Shown here: positions 9,966 through 20,288 of the stretch, piece after piece
Layout of the letters: each line of letters opens with the position of its first letter
Position numbering within the stretch: the stretch's first letter is position 1
DNA from: a bacterium
GTDB taxonomy: Bacteria; Patescibacteriota; Minisyncoccia; Minisyncoccales; CG1-02-41-26
NCBI GenBank assembly: GCA_043802745.1
Contig: JAZDKU010000015.1
Location: 1,358-65,357, forward strand
Length of the DNA stretch: 64,000 bases
Reading direction: 5' to 3'
Translations under genes and position numbers: made by a program
Notes under the pieces: generated by a model
Told to the model about the DNA's origin: nothing
What the model saw: the letters and a program-made list of their open reading frames with translations, nothing else
The model's database searches: none

Positions 9966-10359
9966 GCGCTTCTATTGCTCCAATAATCCAACTGGTTCTT
10001 AGCTTATCTTTCATGGAATAAATCTCTTCTTTTGTAAACCACCCAACATCAAGTAACTCATCTTTAGGAAAATTTAACTCACCCCCGATTATTTTTGCTT
10101 CAAAAGCGTGCCTAACTGACTCTTTAATGCTGTCCTGCCAAATTCCGATTTTTCTAACTAACTCAACATCATACCCTGTTTCTTCCTTACCCTCTCTAAT
10201 AGCTGCCTCCTCAATAGTTTCGCCAACATCAACTTTGCCAGCCGGCCAATTCCAAAGACCGTACTGTGAGGGCATACTTTCTTGCACTAATAAATATTTA
10301 TCGTCTTGTTTAATTACAACCCCAGCAGCAACATATGTTTTCACAAATTCTTTTTCCAT
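9952..10359 (-). CDS. NUDIX hydrolase (start moved to internal Met MEKEFVK to avoid overlap with tRNA-Ser)
   Basis: Nudix box GKVDVGETIEEAAIREGKEETGYDVE; ORF-track N-terminal extension (to 10470) runs through the tRNA gene. Confidence 0.7.
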   Translation of the reverse strand: MEKEFVKTYVAAGVVIKQDDKYLLVQESMPSQYGLWNWPAGKVDVGETIEEAAIREGKEETGYDVELVRKIGIWQDSIKESVRHAFEAKIIGGELNFPKDELLDVGWFTKEEIYSMKDKLRTSWIIGAIEALEKF

Positions 10360-10382
10360 ATAGCTACTTATAAATTTCTGTG

Positions 10383-10468
10383 CGGAGAGGGGGAGATTCG
10401 AACTCCCGGTGCCTTGCGACACACACGCTTTCCAAGCGTGCGCACTAGACCAACTATGCGACCTCTCC
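10383..10468 (-). tRNA. tRNA-Ser (anticodon GGA), type II with long variable arm
   Basis: rc reads GGAGAGG-TC-GCA..TGC D-arm, anticodon stem CACGC/GCGTG with loop TTGGAAA (anticodon GGA), variable arm GTGTCGCAAGGCAC, T-arm GGGAG TTCGAAT CTCCC, acceptor CCTCTCC + G discriminator. Confidence 0.85.
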
Positions 10469-10496
10469 ATTTATCCAAATACTACTTTAAATTTTT

Positions 10497-10531
10497 AGGC
10501 CGCGCAAGTCCCACTAGAAACAGAGTTTCTA
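10497..10531. terminator. hairpin between htpX 3' end and tRNA-Ser (cccactagaaac-agag-gtttctaacggg)
   Basis: Inverted repeat seen in sequence; shares the GTTAGAAAC/GTTTCTAAC core with the inverted repeat at 50521-50625. Confidence 0.4.
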
Positions 10532-10548
10532 ACGGGATTCGTTCTGAC

Positions 10549-11454
10549 TTATTTGATATCCAGACCTCGTAAAGCAGATACTCTTTCTTCAACAGGAGGG
10601 TGAGTTAAGAATAACTTGGTTAACCAGTTGCCTGCTCGTTTGCCTTTAAACGGAGAATAAATAAATAAATGGGCAGTGGAGTTGTTGGCTTTTCTCATTG
10701 GGCTTGGGTCGCTTGCAATTTTTTCTAAAGCGCTGGCTAACCCCTCGGGGTATCTTGTTAAAAGCGCCCCCGAAGCATCCGCTAAAAACTCTCGCTTGCG
10801 AGAAATAGCCAATTGAATAAGAGTAGCGGCAATTGGCGCTAAAATAGCAGCCACCAAAGTTAAAACCAACATTATAGCTCCAATTTTTGAATCATCATTA
10901 TCTGAACGCAAACCCCCAAACATACTCATGCGCAAAAAGAAATCAGCCATTATAGCCACCACCCCAGCCAAAACCACAATCACGGTTTGTAGTAGCATAT
11001 CTTTATTTTTAATATGGCTTAATTCATGGGCGATAACTCCCTCAACCTCCACTTTATTTAATTTTTGCAACAAACCAGCTGTGACCACTACCACTGCGTG
11101 ATTATAATCCCGACCTGTGGCAAAAGCATTTGGCTGGGCTTCGGGCATGACATAAATTCTTGGCATAGGTAAACCACTAGCTATACAAAGATTTTCCACA
11201 ATATGAAAAAGCTCTCGATTGTCTGCTTCTTGGATTGGCTGGGACTTTGTCATGGCTAAAACTAATTTGTCGCTCCACCAATAACTACTAATGGAACTGA
11301 AAATGCTAAAAAACACAGCAAAATACAAAATGCCAGGGGCATTAAAATATCTTGATAATAACCAACCAAACCCAATTATCACAACCAAAAATACGGTTAT
11401 CAAAAACCAAGTTTTGCGAATATTTGAATCTGCTTGCGTGTATAAAGTAGACAT
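10549..11454 (-). CDS. htpX: HtpX-like M48 zinc metalloprotease
   Basis: HELSHIKNKD (HEXXH) zinc motif, N-terminal TM helices, typical HtpX length. Confidence 0.85.
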   Translation of the reverse strand: MSTLYTQADSNIRKTWFLITVFLVVIIGFGWLLSRYFNAPGILYFAVFFSIFSSISSYWWSDKLVLAMTKSQPIQEADNRELFHIVENLCIASGLPMPRIYVMPEAQPNAFATGRDYNHAVVVVTAGLLQKLNKVEVEGVIAHELSHIKNKDMLLQTVIVVLAGVVAIMADFFLRMSMFGGLRSDNDDSKIGAIMLVLTLVAAILAPIAATLIQLAISRKREFLADASGALLTRYPEGLASALEKIASDPSPMRKANNSTAHLFIYSPFKGKRAGNWLTKLFLTHPPVEERVSALRGLDIK

Positions 11455-11530
11455 AAAAAAGTGATTGAGTCATTGAGTGACTAAGTGATTAAATTACTTA
11501 ATCTCTTAATAACTTGATGACTAATTCTTA
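11449..11530. promoter_or_regulatory. 5' leader/promoter module of htpX; first 44 nt (including ATG TCT) identical to rsmI leader at 32351-32394
   Basis: agacataaaaaagtgattgagtcattgagtgactaagtgattaa identical at both loci; further ~40 nt diverged but homologous (cttaat..cttgatgact). Confidence 0.5.
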
Positions 11531-11537
11531 ACTTGTT

Positions 11538-13253
11538 TTACCATGAGCCTCCGCCTCCGCCACCGAAGCCACCTCCAGAAAAACCGCCACTAAATCCGCT
11601 ACCATCCTTTCCGCCCCCTGGCTGACTTGCTAAAGCTCCGCCAATACCAGCTAGGGATTTGTTTAAAGATTCTGAAAAGTTAACCGGACTAAAGTATGTT
11701 CCATAAACCGCGCCTTCATACCAAGTTGGCGGTGTTTTATAAATCCCTTCAAATGCTTTGGCCCATTTTTTTGTACAGCCAAATATAATGGCATAGGGCA
11801 AGAACTTTTCAAAAATATTTTCTTTTTCCTGAAATTGCGCCCGATATTTTTCTGCCCTGGTGATGTATTCTTTAAACCCTAAAATATGCCACATCATCTC
11901 TGTGCCCTTTTTACTCTTCTTTGGCATAAGGGCGCCAAATATAATAAATAAGAATGCGCAAGTTATTATAATAAAAGCATACCATCCATTTAAATTTCTT
12001 ACAAAAGGAATAAATATTGAAAGAACTTTAATAAGAATAAAAGATCCTATCAAAAGCCCCATACCAATTCCTATAAATGTTGATTTTGCCTTTTCTGGAT
12101 CAGAAACAAAATAATCGTCAAGCACCATTTCTGTTGAGACATTTTCTTTTATCTCTTTAAACTCCTCATAAAATTTTTGACGCAATGAAGAAACCGCCAC
12201 TTCGCTCTTTTGAACGAATAACTTAGAAAGCAAGGTCCATTCAAAAGGCTCTAGTGTTTTGTCCATTACATAATCTTTTTGTTTAATAAATGTCCAGTCC
12301 TTGGTTTTGCCAATAAATTTCTTTTGCTCTGTTTCTTTTATCTTTATGTATCCCTTAACCGCCAAATCAATAATTGTAGCCGACAAATCGATGTAGGTGG
12401 TTTTTTGTTTTAAAATATATGATACCTCTATTGGGCGGAGCTCGTTTGGCAAGTCATATTGCACCATAATAGATCTGTGCAACTTTATATCTCTACCCTT
12501 TTTCCACCAAACAGAAAATAAGTAAACAAACATTAAAACCGGTATAATAAGCGGCCAGTACTTTTTAGCAGAATCTGTTATTTTTTCTATTGTGCTTGGC
12601 GGGCTAACCACGCCCTTTGGCCAGCCGAATACCACGGTTAGACCCTCTCCTTCATCCAGCAAGCGAGTAGTTCGGAAATGAGCTGTTCCATCAAAAGAAT
12701 ATTGACAATCTTCTCTTGTTGAACCAAACTGCCCCACATAACATTTTAAATTTTTTTCTCCTAAAAAATCTTCTACTTGCGGAAAATTAATGTTTATCAA
12801 AACGCCTTCGATTGGCACAGGCCAATTATTGCCAGTTACATTCCAATAAAACTCGTCGTGGTCGGGCAAAAACTTTACAGCACCCTTAACTAAATAAGTG
12901 ATGATGTATTGATGCTCCCCAGTAATTGTTTGGTTGGCATCGCCGATTTTTACTCTAATATTATCGCCTGTTTTTGACAAATCGTATTTATACTTATTGC
13001 CATTTTCATCAACCACACTTTTCACATCAACGTTAATATCTTTTGTATAAATATCCCGGTAGATGCCGTGCCTGTACTCTGTGCCAAAATCATAAAAAAT
13101 ATCCTCGGTTATTAAAACCGAACTATTCTTCTGAATTTGCGCCTGCACATCATAGCTATTTATTTTTTCTTGTGCCAAAGCAAAGCTACCAATAAACAAA
13201 GCTATTAAAAAAATAAATAAAAATACTTTAACTTGAAAATTTCTTTTTACCAT
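11538..13253 (-). CDS. DUF2207-family membrane protein with Gly-rich C-terminal tail
   Basis: Signal peptide, large extracytoplasmic domain, TM helices near C-terminus, tail GGGKDGSGFSGGFSGGGFGGGGGGSW typical of DUF2207; start moved to MVKRNF because upstream ORF extension runs through terminator hairpin. Confidence 0.6.
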   Translation of the reverse strand: MVKRNFQVKVFLFIFLIALFIGSFALAQEKINSYDVQAQIQKNSSVLITEDIFYDFGTEYRHGIYRDIYTKDINVDVKSVVDENGNKYKYDLSKTGDNIRVKIGDANQTITGEHQYIITYLVKGAVKFLPDHDEFYWNVTGNNWPVPIEGVLININFPQVEDFLGEKNLKCYVGQFGSTREDCQYSFDGTAHFRTTRLLDEGEGLTVVFGWPKGVVSPPSTIEKITDSAKKYWPLIIPVLMFVYLFSVWWKKGRDIKLHRSIMVQYDLPNELRPIEVSYILKQKTTYIDLSATIIDLAVKGYIKIKETEQKKFIGKTKDWTFIKQKDYVMDKTLEPFEWTLLSKLFVQKSEVAVSSLRQKFYEEFKEIKENVSTEMVLDDYFVSDPEKAKSTFIGIGMGLLIGSFILIKVLSIFIPFVRNLNGWYAFIIITCAFLFIIFGALMPKKSKKGTEMMWHILGFKEYITRAEKYRAQFQEKENIFEKFLPYAIIFGCTKKWAKAFEGIYKTPPTWYEGAVYGTYFSPVNFSESLNKSLAGIGGALASQPGGGKDGSGFSGGFSGGGFGGGGGGSW

Positions 13254-13267
13254 AAGACGAAAACAGG

Positions 13268-13302
13268 CCCAACCTAACAGCTTGCTGGGTTGGGCCAAAG
13301 CG
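13268..13302 (-). terminator. rho-independent terminator of lemA
   Basis: ggcccaacc..ggttgggcc perfect stem immediately after lemA stop, followed (minus strand) by T-rich tract. Confidence 0.6.
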
Positions 13303-13311
13303 AGCTGTTAA

Positions 13312-13887
13312 TTAAAACTTAACTTGAGGGGCTTGTTTTTCGCTAGGTTCTTGTATTTCAAAAAGATCCATCTTTTTGAAGCCAAATATCTTGGCTGCAA
13401 TATTAGAAGGAAAACTCTCAATTTTAATGGCTAAGTCCCGCACATTAGCATTGTAAAACCTGCGAGCAGCCTGAACCTTATCTTCAGTATCAGTTAATTC
13501 TCTTTGTAATTCTAAAAAGTTAACTGAAGCCTTTAAGTCTGGATAATTTTCGGAAACAGCAAACAACGACTTTAAAGTGCCCGCCAAAACGTTTTCTGCT
13601 TGGGCTTTATCAGTCACACCTTGAGCGCCCATGGCATTTGCTCTAGCTTGAGTGACTTTTTCAAACAGCTCTCGCTCATGTGTGGCATAACCTTTAACTA
13701 TATTTACTAAGTTTGGAATCAAATCGTACCTTCTTTTTAACTGAACATCAATATCAGCCCAGGCCTCTTTGGCTCTGTTTTTTAAACTCACCAAGCTATT
13801 ATAGAAAACAACCATAATAGCTACGAACAACACAATAACACCTAAAATTATTAACATTGTCATACTTTTGTTAAAGCCCGAAACCAT
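13312..13887 (-). CDS. lemA: LemA family protein
   Basis: N-terminal TM then conserved LemA core (NSLVSLKNRAKEAWADIDVQLKRRYDLIPNLV). Confidence 0.8.
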   Translation of the reverse strand: MVSGFNKSMTMLIILGVIVLFVAIMVVFYNSLVSLKNRAKEAWADIDVQLKRRYDLIPNLVNIVKGYATHERELFEKVTQARANAMGAQGVTDKAQAENVLAGTLKSLFAVSENYPDLKASVNFLELQRELTDTEDKVQAARRFYNANVRDLAIKIESFPSNIAAKIFGFKKMDLFEIQEPSEKQAPQVKF

Positions 13888-13926
13888 AAACCAGAATGCC
13901 GAACAAATACAAAAATATTTAAGTAT

Positions 13927-13950
13927 TTTTCGGATTTCGGATTTCGGATT
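13927..13950. repeat. tandem heptamer (ATTTCGG)x3, intergenic
   Basis: tttcggatttcggatttcgg; same unit recurs at 16345-16372 and inside uvrA. Confidence 0.7.
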
Positions 13951-13957
13951 TTTTTAA

Positions 13958-14491
13958 TTATTTTGGTAAGTTGGCAATAAAGATTGCCAAGGCAGGGTGC
14001 TGAACCAATAACTTATCGTTGAATAATTTTACCACTGCCATAAAATCATCAACTTCTTCTTTAAACGTTTCCGGACCCACAAAAACTTCCCTGCCCTCTT
14101 GGGCCAAACTTCTTAAATAATGGCACAAAATTTCATCAGTTTTCTTTTGTTTTAAATAACTGATTATTTTTTTAAACTCTCCTCTGTCAAGAAAAACCCC
14201 GTGGCAAAAATCACAAATATCAACCTTTATTGTCGAATGGTTGTAATTTACCTCATAAAGCGGGACTGCATCAACCGGACAAATCTTAGCTGTTTTACCC
14301 ATATGAAATTTTGTGGCCTCGTTCCACAAATCAACATCAAGCCATTGCAATGATTTATCAGCTTGGTCTTTGGCTTGCCTTAGCTCATCTTCTGAAAACC
14401 AAACTCCCAAGCACCTTGAGCAATAGTCAACATTGATGTTATAAAACATCGCTTTTTTCATTTCTTCACCTTGATGCGTTGGACATTTCAT
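13958..14491 (-). CDS. double zinc-ribbon (zf-TFIIB-like) domain protein
   Basis: Two CPxx...CxxC modules (CPTHQ..CSRCLGVWF; CPVDA..CDFCHGVFLD) each followed by an acidic/helical segment. Confidence 0.45.
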   Translation of the reverse strand: MKCPTHQGEEMKKAMFYNINVDYCSRCLGVWFSEDELRQAKDQADKSLQWLDVDLWNEATKFHMGKTAKICPVDAVPLYEVNYNHSTIKVDICDFCHGVFLDRGEFKKIISYLKQKKTDEILCHYLRSLAQEGREVFVGPETFKEEVDDFMAVVKLFNDKLLVQHPALAIFIANLPK

Positions 14492-14536
14492 ACGATTGTA
14501 TTATAACAAAAAATTGTCTCAAAATCAATTGTAAAA

Positions 14537-14575
14537 CAAAACCGCTCCGACAAGCTTGTCGGAGCGGTTTTGTTT
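14537..14575. terminator. bidirectional rho-independent terminator downstream of groEL
   Basis: aaaaccgctccgacaagcttgtcggagcggtttt: 11-bp perfect stem flanked by A-run and T-run. Confidence 0.8.
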
Positions 14576-14582
14576 TGCTTGA

Positions 14583-14608
14583 TTCCTAATTCCTAATTCT
14601 TAATTCTT
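14583..14608. repeat. tandem heptamer (TAATTCY)x4 just 3' of groEL stop
   Basis: ttcctaattcctaattcttaattcttg. Confidence 0.7.
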
Positions 14609-14612
14609 GTGT

Positions 14613-16292
<1,680 letters not shown>

Positions 16293-16344
16293 CTAAACCA
16301 GAATTCCTAATAAATGCCTAAATGCCTAATTCCCAATTTTTCGG

Positions 16345-16372
16345 ATTTCGGATTTCGAGCTTCGGGTTTTAA
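16345..16372. repeat. tandem heptamer (ATTTCGG)x3 in groES-groEL spacer
   Basis: tttcggatttcggatttcgagcttcgg. Confidence 0.65.
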
Positions 16373-16377
16373 TGATT

Positions 16378-16668
16378 TTATTCTAAAATCGCCAAAATAT
16401 CTTCTTCTTTGACAATTAAACACTCCTTATCGCCAACTTTTATTTTTGTAATACCATAGGGCTTAGAAAATAAAATTTTGTCGCCTACTTTTACAGCCAC
16501 AGGGACTTTCTCGCCTTTTACTGTTTTTCCCGGGCCAACCGCCATAACTTTGGCTTCCTCTGGCCCTTCTCTGTCTGAATTTTGAGGCACAAAAAAACCA
16601 GAATCGGTTTTTTCTTTGGCCAAAACTGGCTCAATTAACACATGATCAGATAATGGTTTGATAGTCAT
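16378..16668 (-). CDS. groS: co-chaperonin GroES (Cpn10)
   Basis: 96 aa, MTIKPLSDHVLIEPV..., classic GroES. Confidence 0.95.
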   Translation of the reverse strand: MTIKPLSDHVLIEPVLAKEKTDSGFFVPQNSDREGPEEAKVMAVGPGKTVKGEKVPVAVKVGDKILFSKPYGITKIKVGDKECLIVKEEDILAILE

Positions 16669-16845
16669 ATTTTTTTAATTTTTTTCTTAGTATTTATATT
16701 CTACTCTAATCCCAGTCCTCGTCAATATCAATAGTTATTAAAATTAAGCGGAAAATCTTGACTTCACCAACTTTTTGTTTTTTAATAGTAGTCATAAATT
16801 TATTCCCTGCTTAATATGAACAGCTTACTCCTTCCCCAAATCTTG

Positions 16846-19722
16846 TCAACTCCCTGCGCTACCTCGCAAATATTTTCCTGTCCAGCTGGTTTTGTTTTGG
16901 CTAATTTGTGTTGGTGTGCCTTCAGCTACAATCTGTCCGCCTTTTTCTCCGCTATCTGGGCCCAAGTCAACAATCCAATCAGCCTGATTAGCCAAATCCA
17001 TATTATGTTCAATAATAATTACTGTATTACCCTTATCAACTAAGGCTTTTAAAACAAACAAAAGCTTGTTTGTATCGTCTGGATGCAAGCCAGTGGTTGG
17101 CTCATCAAGAATATATAATGTTTTACCCGTAGATTTCTTTGACAGCTCAGTGGCTAATTTTATCCTTTGCGCTTCCCCGCCCGACAAAGAAGTAGCTGAC
17201 TGGCCAAGCTCAACATAAGAAAGCCCAACCTCGCTTAATGTTTGTAATTTTTGACTTAAAACTGGTATGTTTTTGAAAAACTCCAAGGCCTCCTCAACTG
17301 TCATATTTAAAACATCAGCAATTGATTTTCCTTTGTAATCCACCTCCAAAGTCTCTCGATTATATCTTTTGCCATGGCATTCCTGACACTGCACAAAAAC
17401 ATCAGGCAAAAAATACATTTCAATCTTTTTTACGCCTTGGCCTTCACATGCCTCGCATCTACCACCCCTAACATTAAAACTAAACCTGCCCAATTTAAAA
17501 CCTCGAACTCTTGCTTCTTTTGTTTTAGCAAAAATATCTCTAATATAATTGAAAGCGCCCGTATAGGTGGCTGGATTGCTACGAGGCGTGCGACCAATCG
17601 GGGATTGGTCAACCAGAACAACTTTGTCTAAAAACTCTGTACCCAAAATGCTATCGTGCAGGCCAATAATATCTTTTGACCGATAAAACTTTTGATACAA
17701 GGCTTTAGCCAAAATATCATTAATCAAGCTACTCTTGCCAGACCCCGAAACCCCTGTCACGCAGACAAATTTACCAAGCGGAATTTTAACATCAATATTT
17801 TTTAAATTATTCTCCTTCGCCCCTTTTATTTCTAAGTATCTTTGTTTTGAAATTTGATTTTTTGAATTTTGGGTTTGTTTAGAGTTTAAGATTTCGGATT
17901 TAGAATTTCTGGCAGAAATTATTTTTCTGCCAGAGAGGTATTCACCTGTAAGAGTCCTCGAGCTTAACAATTGTTTCGGCGTTCCCTCAAAAATAACCCT
18001 ACCCCCGTGCTTGCCAGCTCCAGGGCCAATATCAATAATCCAATCAGCTGATTTAACTGTTAAAGGATCGTGCTCAACCACAATCACTGAATTACCAACA
18101 TCTCTTAATTCCTTTAAAGTTACAATTAGCTTACTCTGGTCTCTGGGGTGCAAGCCAACTGATGGCTCGTCTAAAATATATAAAACCCCAGTTAGTTTTG
18201 AACCAATTTGCGTGGCTAATCTTGCTCTTTGCTCTTCCCCGCCCGACAATGTTTCAGTTTCTCTGGATAGGGTTAAATAATCCAAGCCCACGGAAACCAA
18301 AAACCCCAAACGGCTAACGATTTCTTTAATTAAAGGCTGGGCTATTTTTAAATGTTCTTGAGAAAAGTTTTTTGTTAAATTTTCAAAAAACTTTTTAGCT
18401 TCAATTGACGGCATATCTGAAACATCAGCAACTGATTTACCAGCAATTTTTACGGCCAGAGATTCTTTGTTCAGGCGCTTGCCTTGACATTTTTCACACA
18501 CACGAGAAACCATGTAGCGCTGGATTTCTTCCTTAGCCCAATCAGAATCTGTTGCCCAATATCGCCTTTGCAAATTAGTGATTACTCCTTCAAACCCTTC
18601 GCTATTGCCGTATAAAATTAAATCCAAAATTTCTGGCCTTAAATTTTTAATTGGCTCATCAAGAGAAAATTTATACTCATCCGCCAAATCAGACAAAACA
18701 CTAAAATAATAACCCTGCCTGCCAACCTTATGGCTGGCTCTAGCCCAAGGAAAAATCGCACCCTCTGCAATAGAAAGATTCTTATTGGGAATAACTAAGT
18801 CTGGAGAAACTTCTAATTTTTTACCAAGTCCTTGGCAATTCTTGCAAGCTCCAAAAGGCGAGTTAAAAGAAAATAATCTTGGCTCAATTTCTGGCAAAGA
18901 AACTTCGCAATAATCGCAAGCAAAGTGTTCACTAAAGATTAAATCTGCTGATTTAATCTTTTGATTCATGGTTGATGATTCATGACTCACGATGACTGCT
19001 CCATTGCCAAGTCGCAAGGCAATTTCTAAAGAATCAACTAACCGAGATTTCTCTAAGTCTTTATCTAAAACTAATCTGTCAACCACGATTTCAATGCTGT
19101 GCTTTTTCTGCCTGTCCAAATCTCTTTCTACTGCTTCGTCTAATCGTTGAATAACTCCATCAATTCGCGCTCGCACAAACCCGGCTTTTTGCGCTTCTAC
19201 TAAAACTGCTTTGTGCTCGCCTTTTTTGGCTTTAACAGCCGGACCTAAAATATTAATTTCGCTGTTCTTTGGCAGGCTCAAAATATTTTTAACGATTTGG
19301 TCGATTGTTTGTTTTTTTACTTCACGGTTGCAATTTGGGCAATAGGGCGTGCCTACTCGACTAAACAAAACTCTCAAATAATCGTAAATTTCAGTCATTG
19401 TGCCCACTGTGGACCTTGGATTGTGAGATGATTTTCTTTGGTCTATAGAAATGGCTGGGGAGATGCCTTCTATTTTATCAACATCTGGTTTTTGCATCAC
19501 GCCTAAAAACTGGCGAGCATAAGAGGATAAACTTTCCACATATCTTCTTTGGCCTTCAGCATACAAAGTATCAAAAGCCAAACTGGATTTGCCCGAGCCA
19601 GAAACGCCAGTGATAACCACGAGCTTGTTTTTGGGAATGTCCAAATCAATATTTTTCAAATTGTGCACTCTCGCCCCGCGTATGGAAATATAATTTTGTG
19701 GATTTTTTATTTTTGTTGCCAT
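16846..19722 (-). CDS. uvrA: excinuclease ABC subunit A (UvrA)
   Basis: Two ABC ATPase halves (GVSGSGKSSL x2), zinc-finger CxxC modules, signature LSGGE; start taken at MATKIKNPQNYISIRGARVHNLKNI. Confidence 0.95.
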   Translation of the reverse strand: MATKIKNPQNYISIRGARVHNLKNIDLDIPKNKLVVITGVSGSGKSSLAFDTLYAEGQRRYVESLSSYARQFLGVMQKPDVDKIEGISPAISIDQRKSSHNPRSTVGTMTEIYDYLRVLFSRVGTPYCPNCNREVKKQTIDQIVKNILSLPKNSEINILGPAVKAKKGEHKAVLVEAQKAGFVRARIDGVIQRLDEAVERDLDRQKKHSIEIVVDRLVLDKDLEKSRLVDSLEIALRLGNGAVIVSHESSTMNQKIKSADLIFSEHFACDYCEVSLPEIEPRLFSFNSPFGACKNCQGLGKKLEVSPDLVIPNKNLSIAEGAIFPWARASHKVGRQGYYFSVLSDLADEYKFSLDEPIKNLRPEILDLILYGNSEGFEGVITNLQRRYWATDSDWAKEEIQRYMVSRVCEKCQGKRLNKESLAVKIAGKSVADVSDMPSIEAKKFFENLTKNFSQEHLKIAQPLIKEIVSRLGFLVSVGLDYLTLSRETETLSGGEEQRARLATQIGSKLTGVLYILDEPSVGLHPRDQSKLIVTLKELRDVGNSVIVVEHDPLTVKSADWIIDIGPGAGKHGGRVIFEGTPKQLLSSRTLTGEYLSGRKIISARNSKSEILNSKQTQNSKNQISKQRYLEIKGAKENNLKNIDVKIPLGKFVCVTGVSGSGKSSLINDILAKALYQKFYRSKDIIGLHDSILGTEFLDKVVLVDQSPIGRTPRSNPATYTGAFNYIRDIFAKTKEARVRGFKLGRFSFNVRGGRCEACEGQGVKKIEMYFLPDVFVQCQECHGKRYNRETLEVDYKGKSIADVLNMTVEEALEFFKNIPVLSQKLQTLSEVGLSYVELGQSATSLSGGEAQRIKLATELSKKSTGKTLYILDEPTTGLHPDDTNKLLFVLKALVDKGNTVIIIEHNMDLANQADWIVDLGPDSGEKGGQIVAEGTPTQISQNKTSWTGKYLRGSAGS
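17861..17935. repeat. in-frame insertion in uvrA inter-domain linker: degenerate TTTGAAA/GATTTCG heptamers plus 11-bp perfect hairpin (tctggcagaaa/tttctgccaga)
   Basis: Seen in sequence; encodes SKSEILNSKQTQNSKNQISKQ within UvrA. Confidence 0.6.
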
Positions 19723-19778
19723 AGAAATATGCATTATAACCCATTTTCACCCAAAAGAAAAGCAACCGGGGTGAACTC

Positions 19779-20288
19779 TTAATCCAGTTGCTTATTTCTT
19801 CCATTTATTTCGTCGAAAAATTCCCTAACTGATAAAAGAGTACAGTTAGACAATCTTTTCTTATTAATAAATCTCAATATGTTCATCCTTGCTTCTGAAT
19901 CATCAGTCACAAGGACCATATTTTTAAAATACCTTGCCCTCTTGAGAGCGTCTAACAAATAGCCGTCTGCTCCTGTTCTGCTCCCTCCATTTGGGCAGAA
20001 AACAAGAAAAAAACTTCCGTGTTTCTTTCTCTCTGTTTCAGTTACATTGCTTGAGTCAGCGGCAATTTCCACAAGAAAATCGCCATAAGCCGAGCTACTT
20101 ATGATTCTCTCTCCAAGAGAGTGTAGAGCTTCTGTTAAATGGCCGTTTTGCTCTCTAATCCTCCTATCTCTGAAAGCCACATTAAATGCGTCGACTATCA
20201 CTATCTCGTGGCAAACATCGGGATTAAATTTTCTCTTCTTTTTATCCAATAAAATCACCTCTCTCCTTATTGGATTTTTAATACGCAA
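19779..20288 (-). CDS. NYN/PIN-like nuclease domain protein (YacP/LabA-like)
   Basis: IVIVDAFNVAF... and acidic residues spaced as in NYN domains; weak. Confidence 0.4.
   Translation of the reverse strand: MRIKNPIRREVILLDKKKRKFNPDVCHEIVIVDAFNVAFRDRRIREQNGHLTEALHSLGERIISSSAYGDFLVEIAADSSNVTETERKKHGSFFLVFCPNGGSRTGADGYLLDALKRARYFKNMVLVTDDSEARMNILRFINKKRLSNCTLLSVREFFDEINGRNKQLD

Noticed and set aside
16669-16845. CIRCE (HrcA operator TTAGCACTC-N9-GAGTGCTAA) upstream of groES
   Set aside because: Only a degenerate ttagagtag-N9-actaag resemblance; no convincing inverted repeat. A plausible sigma70-like promoter (ttgata/ttgacg … tagagt) may be present, but I cannot support it firmly
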